A DNA stretch of 64,000 nt from Desulfuromonas sp. (GTDB taxonomy: Bacteria; Desulfobacterota; Desulfuromonadia; Desulfuromonadales; UBA2294): contig PKUH01000095.1 of NCBI GenBank assembly GCA_002869615.1, forward strand, positions 70,039-134,038, given 5' to 3'. Each line of letters opens with the position of its first letter. Position 1 is the first letter of the stretch. The position numbers and the translations under genes were made by a program. The notes beneath the pieces were generated by a model. That model saw only the letters and a program-made list of their open reading frames with translations, had not been told where the DNA came from and searched no databases. Below are positions 44,991-53,948 of the stretch, one piece after another.

Positions 44991-46238
44991 TTATCCATTA
45001 ATCTCGAACGCTTCATCCACCAGCATCACCGGGATACCGTCACGAATCGGGTAAGATAAATTGCATTGGTTACAGTTGATCTTTTCATCTTTTGCACTGT
45101 ATTCGACATCTCCCTTGCACTTCGGGCATGCAAGAATATCGAGCAGGGATTGATCGAGCATCAGTTTCTCCTTGTGATACATGATGGTGTCATCGATGAC
45201 AGATTCAAGTGATTCCAGACCCTCGACAACATCGAGTTCGAGCGGAATAGACCAGCAGTCGCACGGTAACTTGGCATTGCCCAACTTGACAAGGTCTTTT
45301 TCCGTAGTGATCAGGGCATCGCAGCGTGAAGCGAGACCATGCAACTGAGTCAGTTCCGAGGTGCCATACACGGCATGGTCACTGAAAACCAATGTTTTGA
45401 TCGGTGTAACGCCGCTTGATTCCAACGACTGGAAAAATGAATCTGGGTTGGCGATGCCGGCAAAGGCGCCGATTCGGCCGTGTTTAAGTTTTTCCAACTC
45501 AAGCTGTTCGCCATCGAGGTTCGTTACCTTGTCAGACAATTTGTAGTTGATCCTCAATACCGTCTTGTCACCGAAGCTAAATTCCTCGTCGCCACGGCTG
45601 CGCGTCAGCAGAACCAGATCGGCACGATCAATTGCCGAGGGAAATTCTCGCAATAACCCGAACGGCAGCGGAAAGCCGTTGGTGAAGGGTTTCCGTGCAT
45701 CGAGCAGGGCGATATCGAGATCGCGATGAACCTTCAGGTGCTGGAATCCGTCATCAAGCAGGATAATATCGGCACCACATTCATAGACGGCATGCCGGAT
45801 GGCACGCCGCCGGTCAGCCGAGACGATGACGATCGCCTGCGGGTTTCGCCGGGCCAGAAGGACCGGTTCATCGCCGCCCTCTGTTGCCGAAACAAGCGCC
45901 CCTTTTCCCGAGGAAACGACAACCAGTGGCGCCCGGCCACTTCTACCGTAACCCCGACTGACTACCGCAACAGTCTTTTTCTTTTTGAGCAGGGACTTGA
46001 CAAGAAGATCTGTTACCGGAGTTTTGCCGGTGCCGCCGACCGCCAGATTGCCGATGGAGATCACAGGGACAGGCGACCGATAAGAGCGCAACCAGCCGGA
46101 GCGATAGAGTGCGACCCTTATTTTTGTCAGGAATCCGTATATTACAGCCAAGGGGAAAAACAGGATATACGCAAGATACTCGAGTAAGGCAGACGGTCCA
46201 GTTTCAACCAGACGCCGGTGCCATCGTTCGATATTCAT
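44991..46238 (-). CDS. lpxK: Tetraacyldisaccharide 4'-kinase fused to a C-terminal Trm112/YcaR-like zinc-ribbon domain
   Basis: 415 aa. LpxK P-loop GNLAVGGTGKTP and VVSRGYG. The last roughly 60 aa (LLDILACPKCKGDVEY....INCNQCNLSYPIRDGIPVMLVDEA) match the DUF343/Trm112 family. Confidence 0.9.
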   Translation of the reverse strand: MNIERWHRRLVETGPSALLEYLAYILFFPLAVIYGFLTKIRVALYRSGWLRSYRSPVPVISIGNLAVGGTGKTPVTDLLVKSLLKKKKTVAVVSRGYGRSGRAPLVVVSSGKGALVSATEGGDEPVLLARRNPQAIVIVSADRRRAIRHAVYECGADIILLDDGFQHLKVHRDLDIALLDARKPFTNGFPLPFGLLREFPSAIDRADLVLLTRSRGDEEFSFGDKTVLRINYKLSDKVTNLDGEQLELEKLKHGRIGAFAGIANPDSFFQSLESSGVTPIKTLVFSDHAVYGTSELTQLHGLASRCDALITTEKDLVKLGNAKLPCDCWSIPLELDVVEGLESLESVIDDTIMYHKEKLMLDQSLLDILACPKCKGDVEYSAKDEKINCNQCNLSYPIRDGIPVMLVDEAFEING

Positions 46239-47572
46239 ACCCGGCCCCCCAGTATCTGCCCGACCAGCTCAACGGTCCTGACCGTCGCCCCGGAATGTTC
46301 GGCGAACAGTTTGCCGCCGAGTGCCCCCATATCACGACGCTCGTCATCGTTCTCCATTAACTCTTTAACTGTTTCAGCGAGGGTCCCTTTTTCGACCTGC
46401 CTGCCCCCACCGGTCGCAATGAGAAGCTTACTGATAGCTTTAAAGTTCTGCATATAAGGCCCGAATATGACGGGTTTATTCATCAGGCTTGCTTCTAATA
46501 TATTGTGCCCGCCGATTGGAACCAGACTGCCGCCGACAAAAACAAGATCAGCACAGGAATAGAATTTAAGCATTTCGCCAAGGGTGTCACCAACCAGAAT
46601 TTCGCCAGTTTTCAGCTGACTGGAAGACGAATCGATTTCTGAACGGAGACGGCAGGAGAAATTCCTTTTACCAATGAGTTCAGAGATCGGCTTTGCCCGA
46701 TCCGGATACCGCGGGACCAGGACAAGGATAAGTTTCAACCCTGCATTAAGAAGTGTCGAGTAGGCATCAAGAATCAACTCCTCCTCACCCTGCCGGGTAC
46801 TGCCGGCGACCCAGACCGGCACCCCGTCCGGCAATCTGTATTTCTTTTTATGTTCCGTGACTTCAGCGACGGAAAAATCGGGCGCCGGCAGGTCAAACTT
46901 TAGATTTCCGGTGATCGTGACCTGCTTTGAGGCAGCCCCAAGCCGAATGATCCGCAGCTCATCCTGTCGACTCTGCATACAGAAACGGGTGAACATTTTC
47001 AACAGTGGCTGCAGGAGCGGCCGAATCAGCCAGTAACGGGGAAACGATTTATCCGATATTCGCCCATTGACCATCATGACCGGGATATTTAATTCATACA
47101 GTTTGCGGATAAAATTCGGCCAGATTTCGGTTTCGACCAGCAGGACGACATCCGGCTTGATCTGCTTGAGGGCATGTTGAACGATAAAGGAGAGGTCATA
47201 GGGAAGGAAAATACAGAGATCAGCTTCTTCGATCTCATCGGCAGTCATTCGCCCGGTATAGGTGAGACTGGAGAGCACAATTGCGCTATCGGGAAACTGT
47301 TTGCGCAGCTCGCGCAACAGAGGAATGCTGGCCCGGGTCTCTCCGACCGAAACCGCATGCACCCAGATAACCTTGCGTCCCTGAAGGCTTTGAAGCCTTT
47401 CACTCTTATAGAGCCCAAAACGCTCGCCAAAACCCCGCCACAAGTTGCCGTAACGGAGACCTTTCAACAAACCGTAAGGTGCAAGGATAAATGCTGCTAA
47501 AAAGAGAACTATGTCATACAGCCGAAAGACCATACTCCTCCAGTTTGGCCGCAGCACGCTTGTCATTCTCAA
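46235..47572 (-). CDS. waaA: 3-deoxy-D-manno-octulosonic acid transferase
   Basis: 445 aa. WVHAVSVGE, GS.R.GEE and GGSLVPIGGHNILE motifs. Alternative starts at 47566 and 47533. ATGA overlap with the lpxK start. Confidence 0.93.
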   Translation of the reverse strand: MRMTSVLRPNWRSMVFRLYDIVLFLAAFILAPYGLLKGLRYGNLWRGFGERFGLYKSERLQSLQGRKVIWVHAVSVGETRASIPLLRELRKQFPDSAIVLSSLTYTGRMTADEIEEADLCIFLPYDLSFIVQHALKQIKPDVVLLVETEIWPNFIRKLYELNIPVMMVNGRISDKSFPRYWLIRPLLQPLLKMFTRFCMQSRQDELRIIRLGAASKQVTITGNLKFDLPAPDFSVAEVTEHKKKYRLPDGVPVWVAGSTRQGEEELILDAYSTLLNAGLKLILVLVPRYPDRAKPISELIGKRNFSCRLRSEIDSSSSQLKTGEILVGDTLGEMLKFYSCADLVFVGGSLVPIGGHNILEASLMNKPVIFGPYMQNFKAISKLLIATGGGRQVEKGTLAETVKELMENDDERRDMGALGGKLFAEHSGATVRTVELVGQILGGRV

Positions 47573-48206
47573 GCATCGCGGTCTCGATCCGACTCAGGAA
47601 ATGCTCAAGGTCTTCATCCGGCTGATGATAAAGCGGTTCACCAAACGAGTAGACCGCCCGGCCAAATGGATAAGGAAAGAGGAATCTGTCCCAGGACGAG
47701 AAACGGAACCCGCGACTGACGGCAAGCGAAAACGGTACAACTCCCCTTCCGGACATCTTGCCGAGTTGAGCGACCCCCATCTTGGCAACCTGGCGCGGCC
47801 CGCGGGGGCCGTCCGGAGTAAACACAAGATCAACCGGTTCGCGAGAAATCCGCACCATTTCCCGCAATGCCCCCTTACCGCCCCGGCTTGAGGATCCACG
47901 GACCGCACCGAAACCCAGAAAATACATGACCCGGGCGATCAATTCACCATCCTTTGACTGGCTGATAAGAATTCTGGTATCGGTTTTATACGCACGATCA
48001 GCGCCCCTGTAACCAGGTCCGGTCAACAAAATAAGCTCATGCCAGAGCGCGATAATAAGATTATCATCCTGCTTCCATATCTTGCGTGGATGCTCGACAC
48101 CGAGATAGTCAACCCTTAAGCATAAATAAATAAAACGGATCACCGCCGCCATAACAAATGGGAACAACGTGAACAGAAACCAGTTGTTGTACTCTTTATT
48201 CTTCAT
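47514..48206 (-). CDS. DUF374-type lysophospholipid acyltransferase-like protein
   Basis: LWHE, ISQSKDGELIARVM..LGFGAVRGSSSRGG and PDGPRGP motifs are typical of DUF374 genes found beside waaA. I prefer the start at MKNKEY (48206) over the track start at 48260. Confidence 0.8.
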   Translation of the reverse strand: MKNKEYNNWFLFTLFPFVMAAVIRFIYLCLRVDYLGVEHPRKIWKQDDNLIIALWHELILLTGPGYRGADRAYKTDTRILISQSKDGELIARVMYFLGFGAVRGSSSRGGKGALREMVRISREPVDLVFTPDGPRGPRQVAKMGVAQLGKMSGRGVVPFSLAVSRGFRFSSWDRFLFPYPFGRAVYSFGEPLYHQPDEDLEHFLSRIETAMLENDKRAAAKLEEYGLSAV

Positions 48207-49932
48207 TATCACCCTGGAATTGCATGGTGTAGAGTCGCTGATAAAGTCCGTCGTGTTCAATTAACTCTTCATGTCGTCCCTGCTCGACGATCCGCCCTTT
48301 ATCGAGGACGAGAATCTTGTCGGCATGCATAATCGTTGACAGGCGATGGGCAATCACCAGCGTTGTCCGGTTCTGCATCAAATTCTGCAGTGCTTTTTGC
48401 ACCATCGACTCGCTCTCGGTATCAAGCGCACTGGTCGCTTCATCAAGTATCAGTATCGGCGCGTCGCGCAGAATGGCCCGGGCGATGCATATCCGCTGGC
48501 GCTGCCCGCCGGACAAACGAACGCCCCGGTCCCCGATAACCGTCTCCAGCCCTTCCGGCAATTGCTTAATGAACTCCGTGGCAAAGGCCTGGTCGATGGC
48601 GTCGGACAACTGTTTATCGTCGACATCAACGCTGCCGTAGCAGATATTGCCGCGAATCGATTCGTTAAAAAGAAAGGTTTCCTGGTCAACCAGGGCCAGG
48701 TTCGCTCGCAAACTGTCAAGAGTGACGTCGCGAATATCATTGTCATCAATCCGTACTGAACCGCCCGTGACATCATAAAAACGGTTGAGCAGACCTGCGA
48801 CTGTCGTTTTGCCGGCACCGCTCGATCCGACCAGGGCAACAACCTCACCCGGCGCCGCCGAGAAAGAAAAATCAGTCAGGACATTTTCATCACCATAACT
48901 GAAATCGACATGATCGAATTGAACCTCGCCTTTAACTCGAGATAGCTCAATCGCGTCGGGATGATCAATAATCTCGGCCTGTTCACCCTTCAGTTCGAAG
49001 ACCCTCTCAGCCGCTCCGATTGCCTGCTGGGCCCGATTATAGAGTTGCGAAAGCCTTTTGCTCGGGCCGTACATATACATCACCGCGATCAGGATTGAAA
49101 AGAGTTCGCCCTGAGTCATGTGTCCGGAAAAAACCCTGTTGAGACCGTACCAGAGAACACCGGCCGCACCGAACGCCAGCATGATTTCCATAACCGGCGA
49201 TGTGGCGGCGCCGTACTTGATCACCTTGCGAAAGAATGAATAAAAAGAGATATTTTCATCCTTGAACTTTCCCATCTCGGTTTCTTCAGTACCAAACGCT
49301 TTGACCACCTTGATTCCAGAGAGTGACTGCTGTAAAACGGTTGTTAGCTCACCCAAAACTACTTGTCCTTTTTTTGAGTAGTTCTTGATGCGACGACCGA
49401 TCACGGCGGCCGGCCAGGCTGACAAGGGCAAAACCGTAAAAGCGATCAACGCCATTTTCCAGTCGGTATAAAAGGCTAAAGCCGTCAATGCGATCAGCGA
49501 CAAAGATTCTCGCATAAACCCGACGAGAACTTCTGCAACGGAGGCCTGCATAAGGGCAATGTCACTCATAATCCGCGACATCACTGTACCGGAAGGAACC
49601 TTTGTGAAATAGCGCATTGACAAAGACATTGTATGGCCGAAGAGTTCATTGCGCAAATCGAGCATCACCAATTGGCCGGTCGTTCGGATAAAATACTCCT
49701 GAACATATCGAGTTAACCCCTTGAAAGCCGAGAGTCCGATGACGACAACTGGCACAAGACTCAACAAATCGGTGCGTCCCTGAACAACAATCCAGTCGAT
49801 AAACGGTTCAACAAGTTTGGCAGTTGCCGCATTCGATGCGGCAATCCCAATCGAAGCAATGATCGAGAGTACCAGTCGAAACCTGTAAGGCCTGACGTAC
49901 GTCAGCATTTTTTTATAAGTTTGCCAGTCCAA
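48196..49932 (-). CDS. msbA: Lipid A export ABC transporter (fused permease/ATPase)
   Basis: 578 aa. Six-TM N-terminal domain, Walker A GSSGAGKTT, signature LSGGQRQR and Walker B ILILDEATSALD. Sits within the lpx cluster. Confidence 0.88.
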   Translation of the reverse strand: MDWQTYKKMLTYVRPYRFRLVLSIIASIGIAASNAATAKLVEPFIDWIVVQGRTDLLSLVPVVVIGLSAFKGLTRYVQEYFIRTTGQLVMLDLRNELFGHTMSLSMRYFTKVPSGTVMSRIMSDIALMQASVAEVLVGFMRESLSLIALTALAFYTDWKMALIAFTVLPLSAWPAAVIGRRIKNYSKKGQVVLGELTTVLQQSLSGIKVVKAFGTEETEMGKFKDENISFYSFFRKVIKYGAATSPVMEIMLAFGAAGVLWYGLNRVFSGHMTQGELFSILIAVMYMYGPSKRLSQLYNRAQQAIGAAERVFELKGEQAEIIDHPDAIELSRVKGEVQFDHVDFSYGDENVLTDFSFSAAPGEVVALVGSSGAGKTTVAGLLNRFYDVTGGSVRIDDNDIRDVTLDSLRANLALVDQETFLFNESIRGNICYGSVDVDDKQLSDAIDQAFATEFIKQLPEGLETVIGDRGVRLSGGQRQRICIARAILRDAPILILDEATSALDTESESMVQKALQNLMQNRTTLVIAHRLSTIMHADKILVLDKGRIVEQGRHEELIEHDGLYQRLYTMQFQGDNEE

Positions 49933-49933
49933 A

Positions 49934-51100
49934 TTACCTGCTTTCCTGTTTACCCTGACTCATCTCCGAAGCAATCCGGGCAACCTTCCCGGAACATCCA
50001 GCATCACCCATCAATTCCCTGACTTCGCGCAAGCCGTCACAAAGTCTTTGATTATAATCAGTATTTTCCAGAATTTGCAAAATTTCCTTGTACAGGTGTT
50101 CCGGAACGACTTCGTCCTGGAGATATTCCTTAACGACTTCGCGACCGGCAATGATATTAACCAGGGAAACATGCGGGATCTTGACGACCCGCTTGCCGAT
50201 GGCGTATGTCAGTGGATGAACCCGGTTGATCACGAGCAGCGGTGTACCGGTCAAAGCTATTTGCAGGGTGACGGTGCCCGAAACCGCAAGGACAACATCG
50301 CAGGCGTTTGCAATGTCATAGATATTTTCATTGAGGACGTGAATCGGAAGTCCGGATGCCGCAACCCGGGCACGGATATCATCTTCAGGCAGCGAACTGG
50401 CGAGCGGCAGCAGGAACTGACAGCCTGCGTACCGTTCCTTCAGTAAACGTGCAGTTGCCAGAATGTCATCGAAATTATACCTGACTTCACTGTTACGGCT
50501 GCCCGGGAACAGACCTATCACCTTGCCGGCCCGGTCGATACCATGCTGCCTGCAGAATGAATCGGTGTCGGTCGTATAGCTGAACTCATCGAGAAGGGGA
50601 TTGCCGACATAATCGACTTTGACCGACATGCCGGCATAGTACGGCGGCTCAAACGGGAAGATAACCGCTAACCGGTCGACGGTTTCCCCGATTTTTTTGG
50701 CCCGGCCCTCTTTCCAGGCCCAGACCTTGGGGGCGATATAATAAAGAACCGGAACACCGGCGCTGTGAGCAGCCCTGGCAACACGCATATTGAATCCGGG
50801 AAAGTCAATCAGCAGGACAACATCCGGTTTCTCGTTTGCGATGATATGCCGGATCCGTTTAAGCACTTTCCGGATAGCCCTGAGTTTGCCGAAAACCTCA
50901 AACACTCCGAAAACCGAGATTTCTTCCATCGGCACCAGGATGTCGCAACCGGCTTCCTGCATTTTACGTCCCCCGACACCAAAAAACGATAGCCCGGGAT
51001 CAACCTCCCGGGCTGCGCGAATCAGGTTCGCCCCATGCAGATCTCCGGAGGCTTCTCCGGAAATGATCAGGATACGGCGCTGCTTCAGATGTTCTTCCAT
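49934..51100 (-). CDS. lpxB: Lipid-A-disaccharide synthase
   Basis: 388 aa. ISGEASGDLHGANL, YYIAPKVWAW and LFPGSR motifs. Confidence 0.95.
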   Translation of the reverse strand: MEEHLKQRRILIISGEASGDLHGANLIRAAREVDPGLSFFGVGGRKMQEAGCDILVPMEEISVFGVFEVFGKLRAIRKVLKRIRHIIANEKPDVVLLIDFPGFNMRVARAAHSAGVPVLYYIAPKVWAWKEGRAKKIGETVDRLAVIFPFEPPYYAGMSVKVDYVGNPLLDEFSYTTDTDSFCRQHGIDRAGKVIGLFPGSRNSEVRYNFDDILATARLLKERYAGCQFLLPLASSLPEDDIRARVAASGLPIHVLNENIYDIANACDVVLAVSGTVTLQIALTGTPLLVINRVHPLTYAIGKRVVKIPHVSLVNIIAGREVVKEYLQDEVVPEHLYKEILQILENTDYNQRLCDGLREVRELMGDAGCSGKVARIASEMSQGKQESR

Positions 51101-51118
51101 AAAACTCTTGTCCGGCTG

Positions 51119-51889
51119 TTAACGGGCGATGCCTCTATCGCTCCCCCTGATAAAATCGGTAAAAACCTTGACTTCATCAAATGAGCCCTGTTCAGCATCT
51201 ATTTTTTCGAGTGCCTGTTCAAGCTTCAGATCGGAGCGGTACAGGATCTTGTAGGCATTCTTGATCGCCCGGACCGCTTCTTTTGAAAAACCTCGACGGG
51301 CCAACCCGATCGAATTGATCCCGGACGGCCGGGCCCGGTCACCCTGGGCATTGATGTATGGCGGCAGATCCTGAACGACGATTGCACCGCCACTGACCAT
51401 GCAATGCGCCCCGATCTTGACAAACTGATGATAACCGGACAATCCGCCGAGAATGGCATAATCACCGACTTCAACGTGGCCGGCAAGGGTTGCGCAGTTC
51501 GCCATGACGATATGATCACCGACCCGGCAGTCGTGCGCAACATGTGCATAGACCATGAACAGATTATCGCTGCCGACAATCGTTTCACCGCCGCCGTCTT
51601 CAGTCCCGCGGTGCATTGTTACAAATTCACGAATCGAGTTACGATCTCCGATCGTCAGAGACGATTGCTCACCCCGGAACTTTAAATCCTGCGGAATCGC
51701 TCCGATTGAAGCTGCCTGACCGATGTAATTATCCTTGCCGATATCGGTCCAGCCGTCAACCACTGTATGTGGGCCAATGGTTGTGCCATCGCCGATTCGG
51801 ACGTTCTCACCGACAACGGCATAGGGACCGATCGTGACATTGTCGCCAATCGTTGCGTTCGGATGAACAATTGCCGTTTGATGTATCAT
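51119..51889 (-). CDS. lpxA: Acyl-ACP--UDP-N-acetylglucosamine O-acyltransferase
   Basis: 256 aa. [10 protein letters not shown], hexapeptide repeats, and a C-terminal GLARRGFS...I..AY helical domain. Confidence 0.95.
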   Translation of the reverse strand: MIHQTAIVHPNATIGDNVTIGPYAVVGENVRIGDGTTIGPHTVVDGWTDIGKDNYIGQAASIGAIPQDLKFRGEQSSLTIGDRNSIREFVTMHRGTEDGGGETIVGSDNLFMVYAHVAHDCRVGDHIVMANCATLAGHVEVGDYAILGGLSGYHQFVKIGAHCMVSGGAIVVQDLPPYINAQGDRARPSGINSIGLARRGFSKEAVRAIKNAYKILYRSDLKLEQALEKIDAEQGSFDEVKVFTDFIRGSDRGIAR

Positions 51890-52335
51890 TATTTCTTCTC
51901 CCCGCGATCGACAAATGTCGCCTTCAATTCAGCTTCGGCAACCAGGGTAGAACCGACAAACGACTTGCCGGTGAAGGTGTAAATCCCGCGCCGGAAATTA
52001 ACAACCTCGACCTCCATGCGCAGGATATCCCCCGGAACGACCGGCTTGCGGAACCGCGCCTTGTCGATACCGACAAAATAAGTAATCGGATCTTCGCCAT
52101 GATCATGACTCAATTGGCCCAGAATCCCTCCGACCTGGGCCATTGCTTCGACAATCAGCACACCCGGCATCACCGGATGTCCGGGAAAGTGTCCCTGAAA
52201 AAAAGGCTCATTGATCGTTACATTCTTTATCCCGACAATTTTTTTACCTTCAACAACCTCGGCGATACTGTCAACCAGCAAAAATGGATAACGATGCGGC
52301 AGCATCTCCATGATCTCTTTAATCCCGTAAACCAT
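51889..52335 (-). CDS. fabZ: 3-hydroxyacyl-ACP dehydratase
   Basis: 148 aa. [33 protein letters not shown]. Confidence 0.95.
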   Translation of the reverse strand: MVYGIKEIMEMLPHRYPFLLVDSIAEVVEGKKIVGIKNVTINEPFFQGHFPGHPVMPGVLIVEAMAQVGGILGQLSHDHGEDPITYFVGIDKARFRKPVVPGDILRMEVEVVNFRRGIYTFTGKSFVGSTLVAEAELKATFVDRGEKK

Positions 52336-52341
52336 GGCTCA

Positions 52342-53397
52342 TCAATCCCTTTCAATCCTGTTTTCCAACTCTTCGATTTTCTTCCTCAGACGGCTGAGCT
52401 CTCTGCGCATCTCCGGTAACCTGGCAAATGAAGTACTCGCCTTGAGCCAATCCTTGTGCTCCATCGTCGGAAATCCGGCAATGTACTGGCCCCCTTCAAC
52501 GTCGGTCGAAACCGATCCGCGGGCGACGACTGTAACATTGTCCCCGACCTTGACATGCCCGATCGCTCCGGACTGGCCACCAAACGTGCAATGTTTGCCG
52601 ATGACGGTACTGCCGGCTATTGCAACATGGGCAACCAGAATTGAATTTTCGCCGATCTCGACATTATGGCCAACCTGAACACCATTATCAATTTTCGTTC
52701 CCTGCCTGATCAGGGTCTCGCCGAGAGCGGCGCGATCAACGCAGCTGCAGGAACCGATTTCCACGTCATCTTCCAATACGACAATACCGACCTGCGGAAT
52801 CTTGTAATACTTCTCCCCGTCCGGAGCGAAACCGAATCCGTCCGAGCCGATAACAGCATTCGGCTGCAGAATAACCCGGTTGCCGATCCGGCATTCCTCG
52901 CGGATAACAACCCCGGGATGAAGGAGACAATCCTCACCGATGGTCACTCCGGCGCCGAGCACAACTCCCGGGGCAAGAAAACTCCCCTTGCCGATCGATA
53001 CCTTCTCACCAACGTAACACCCCGGGGAAATGGTGACTTCCTCGGCGATGACAGCTGACCCGGAAACATGAGCAGCTTCCGCTATCCCCTGACAGACCCT
53101 CGGTTCAACCGCCATATAGGTCAATACCTTGGCGAAGGCGAGATAGGGTGAGGCCACTTCGATTCGGGCAAGCGAACCGTCATAACCTAAATCAGGGTTG
53201 ACGATCACGGCCGATGCATCGGTCGATTCGAGAGCTGCAATATATTTGGGATTGGCGACAAAGGTAATGTCCCCTTGAGCGGCCAGGTTGATCGGTGCGA
53301 CCCGATTCAATATCAGGGCGCCATCACCAACAGCCGTCCCGCCAACCAGCTCGGCCAACTCGGCCAATGTTGCTTTTTTATAGTCTTTCTTCAACAT
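52342..53397 (-). CDS. lpxD: UDP-3-O-acylglucosamine N-acyltransferase
   Basis: 351 aa. LAELA..VGG N-terminus, a long left-handed beta-helix hexapeptide region, and a coiled C-terminus. Confidence 0.95.
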   Translation of the reverse strand: MLKKDYKKATLAELAELVGGTAVGDGALILNRVAPINLAAQGDITFVANPKYIAALESTDASAVIVNPDLGYDGSLARIEVASPYLAFAKVLTYMAVEPRVCQGIAEAAHVSGSAVIAEEVTISPGCYVGEKVSIGKGSFLAPGVVLGAGVTIGEDCLLHPGVVIREECRIGNRVILQPNAVIGSDGFGFAPDGEKYYKIPQVGIVVLEDDVEIGSCSCVDRAALGETLIRQGTKIDNGVQVGHNVEIGENSILVAHVAIAGSTVIGKHCTFGGQSGAIGHVKVGDNVTVVARGSVSTDVEGGQYIAGFPTMEHKDWLKASTSFARLPEMRRELSRLRKKIEELENRIERD

Positions 53398-53401
53398 CTA
53401 A

Positions 53402-53914
53402 TTACTTGGCACTATCCGATGCCGCAATCAGCTTGTCGGTCAGATCGATCGATTCGGCACCATAAATGACGCCGCCGCTGCCACGTTCAAGGAGAAGGTC
53501 GTATCCCTCTTTTTCAGCGATCGACTTCGCCAGCTCAAGCAGGTTTTCAACAATCTGGTTGGTATACTGGGCGTCAAGCTGCTGCAACTCTTCCTGGCGA
53601 TCCTTGGTGAAGCGCTGGAAATCCTTGAGCTTCTGCTGGTAGTCACGCTCCTTGCCAGCCCGGGCTTCGGCCGAAAGGAGGGCCGCCTGCTTTTCTAGCT
53701 CATCTTTCAGAGCCTTCAGCTCAGTCTGCTGCTTTTCAATTTTCCCTTCAAACTCCTTGACCTTGTCAGTGATGCGCGACTTCGCATCTTTCCCGGCCTG
53801 GGAAAGATTCAGAGCTTTCTGCAAGTCGACAAAAGCAATTTCGGTGGCGTCGGCGATTGCCGGCGCTACGGTCAAAGCAATCATAACCAGAACAAACACT
53901 ACAACTTTCTTCAT
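53402..53914 (-). CDS. skp: OmpH/Skp family periplasmic chaperone
   Basis: Signal peptide MKKVVVFVLVMIALTVAPAIA, then a coiled-coil K/E/Q-rich body. I prefer ATG 53914, preceded by AGGAGG. The track start at 53995 would overlap the bamA end. Confidence 0.85.
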   Translation of the reverse strand: MKKVVVFVLVMIALTVAPAIADATEIAFVDLQKALNLSQAGKDAKSRITDKVKEFEGKIEKQQTELKALKDELEKQAALLSAEARAGKERDYQQKLKDFQRFTKDRQEELQQLDAQYTNQIVENLLELAKSIAEKEGYDLLLERGSGGVIYGAESIDLTDKLIAASDSAK

Positions 53915-53948
53915 TGGGTAAAACCTCCTGTTCATTTTTATTCTGCTA

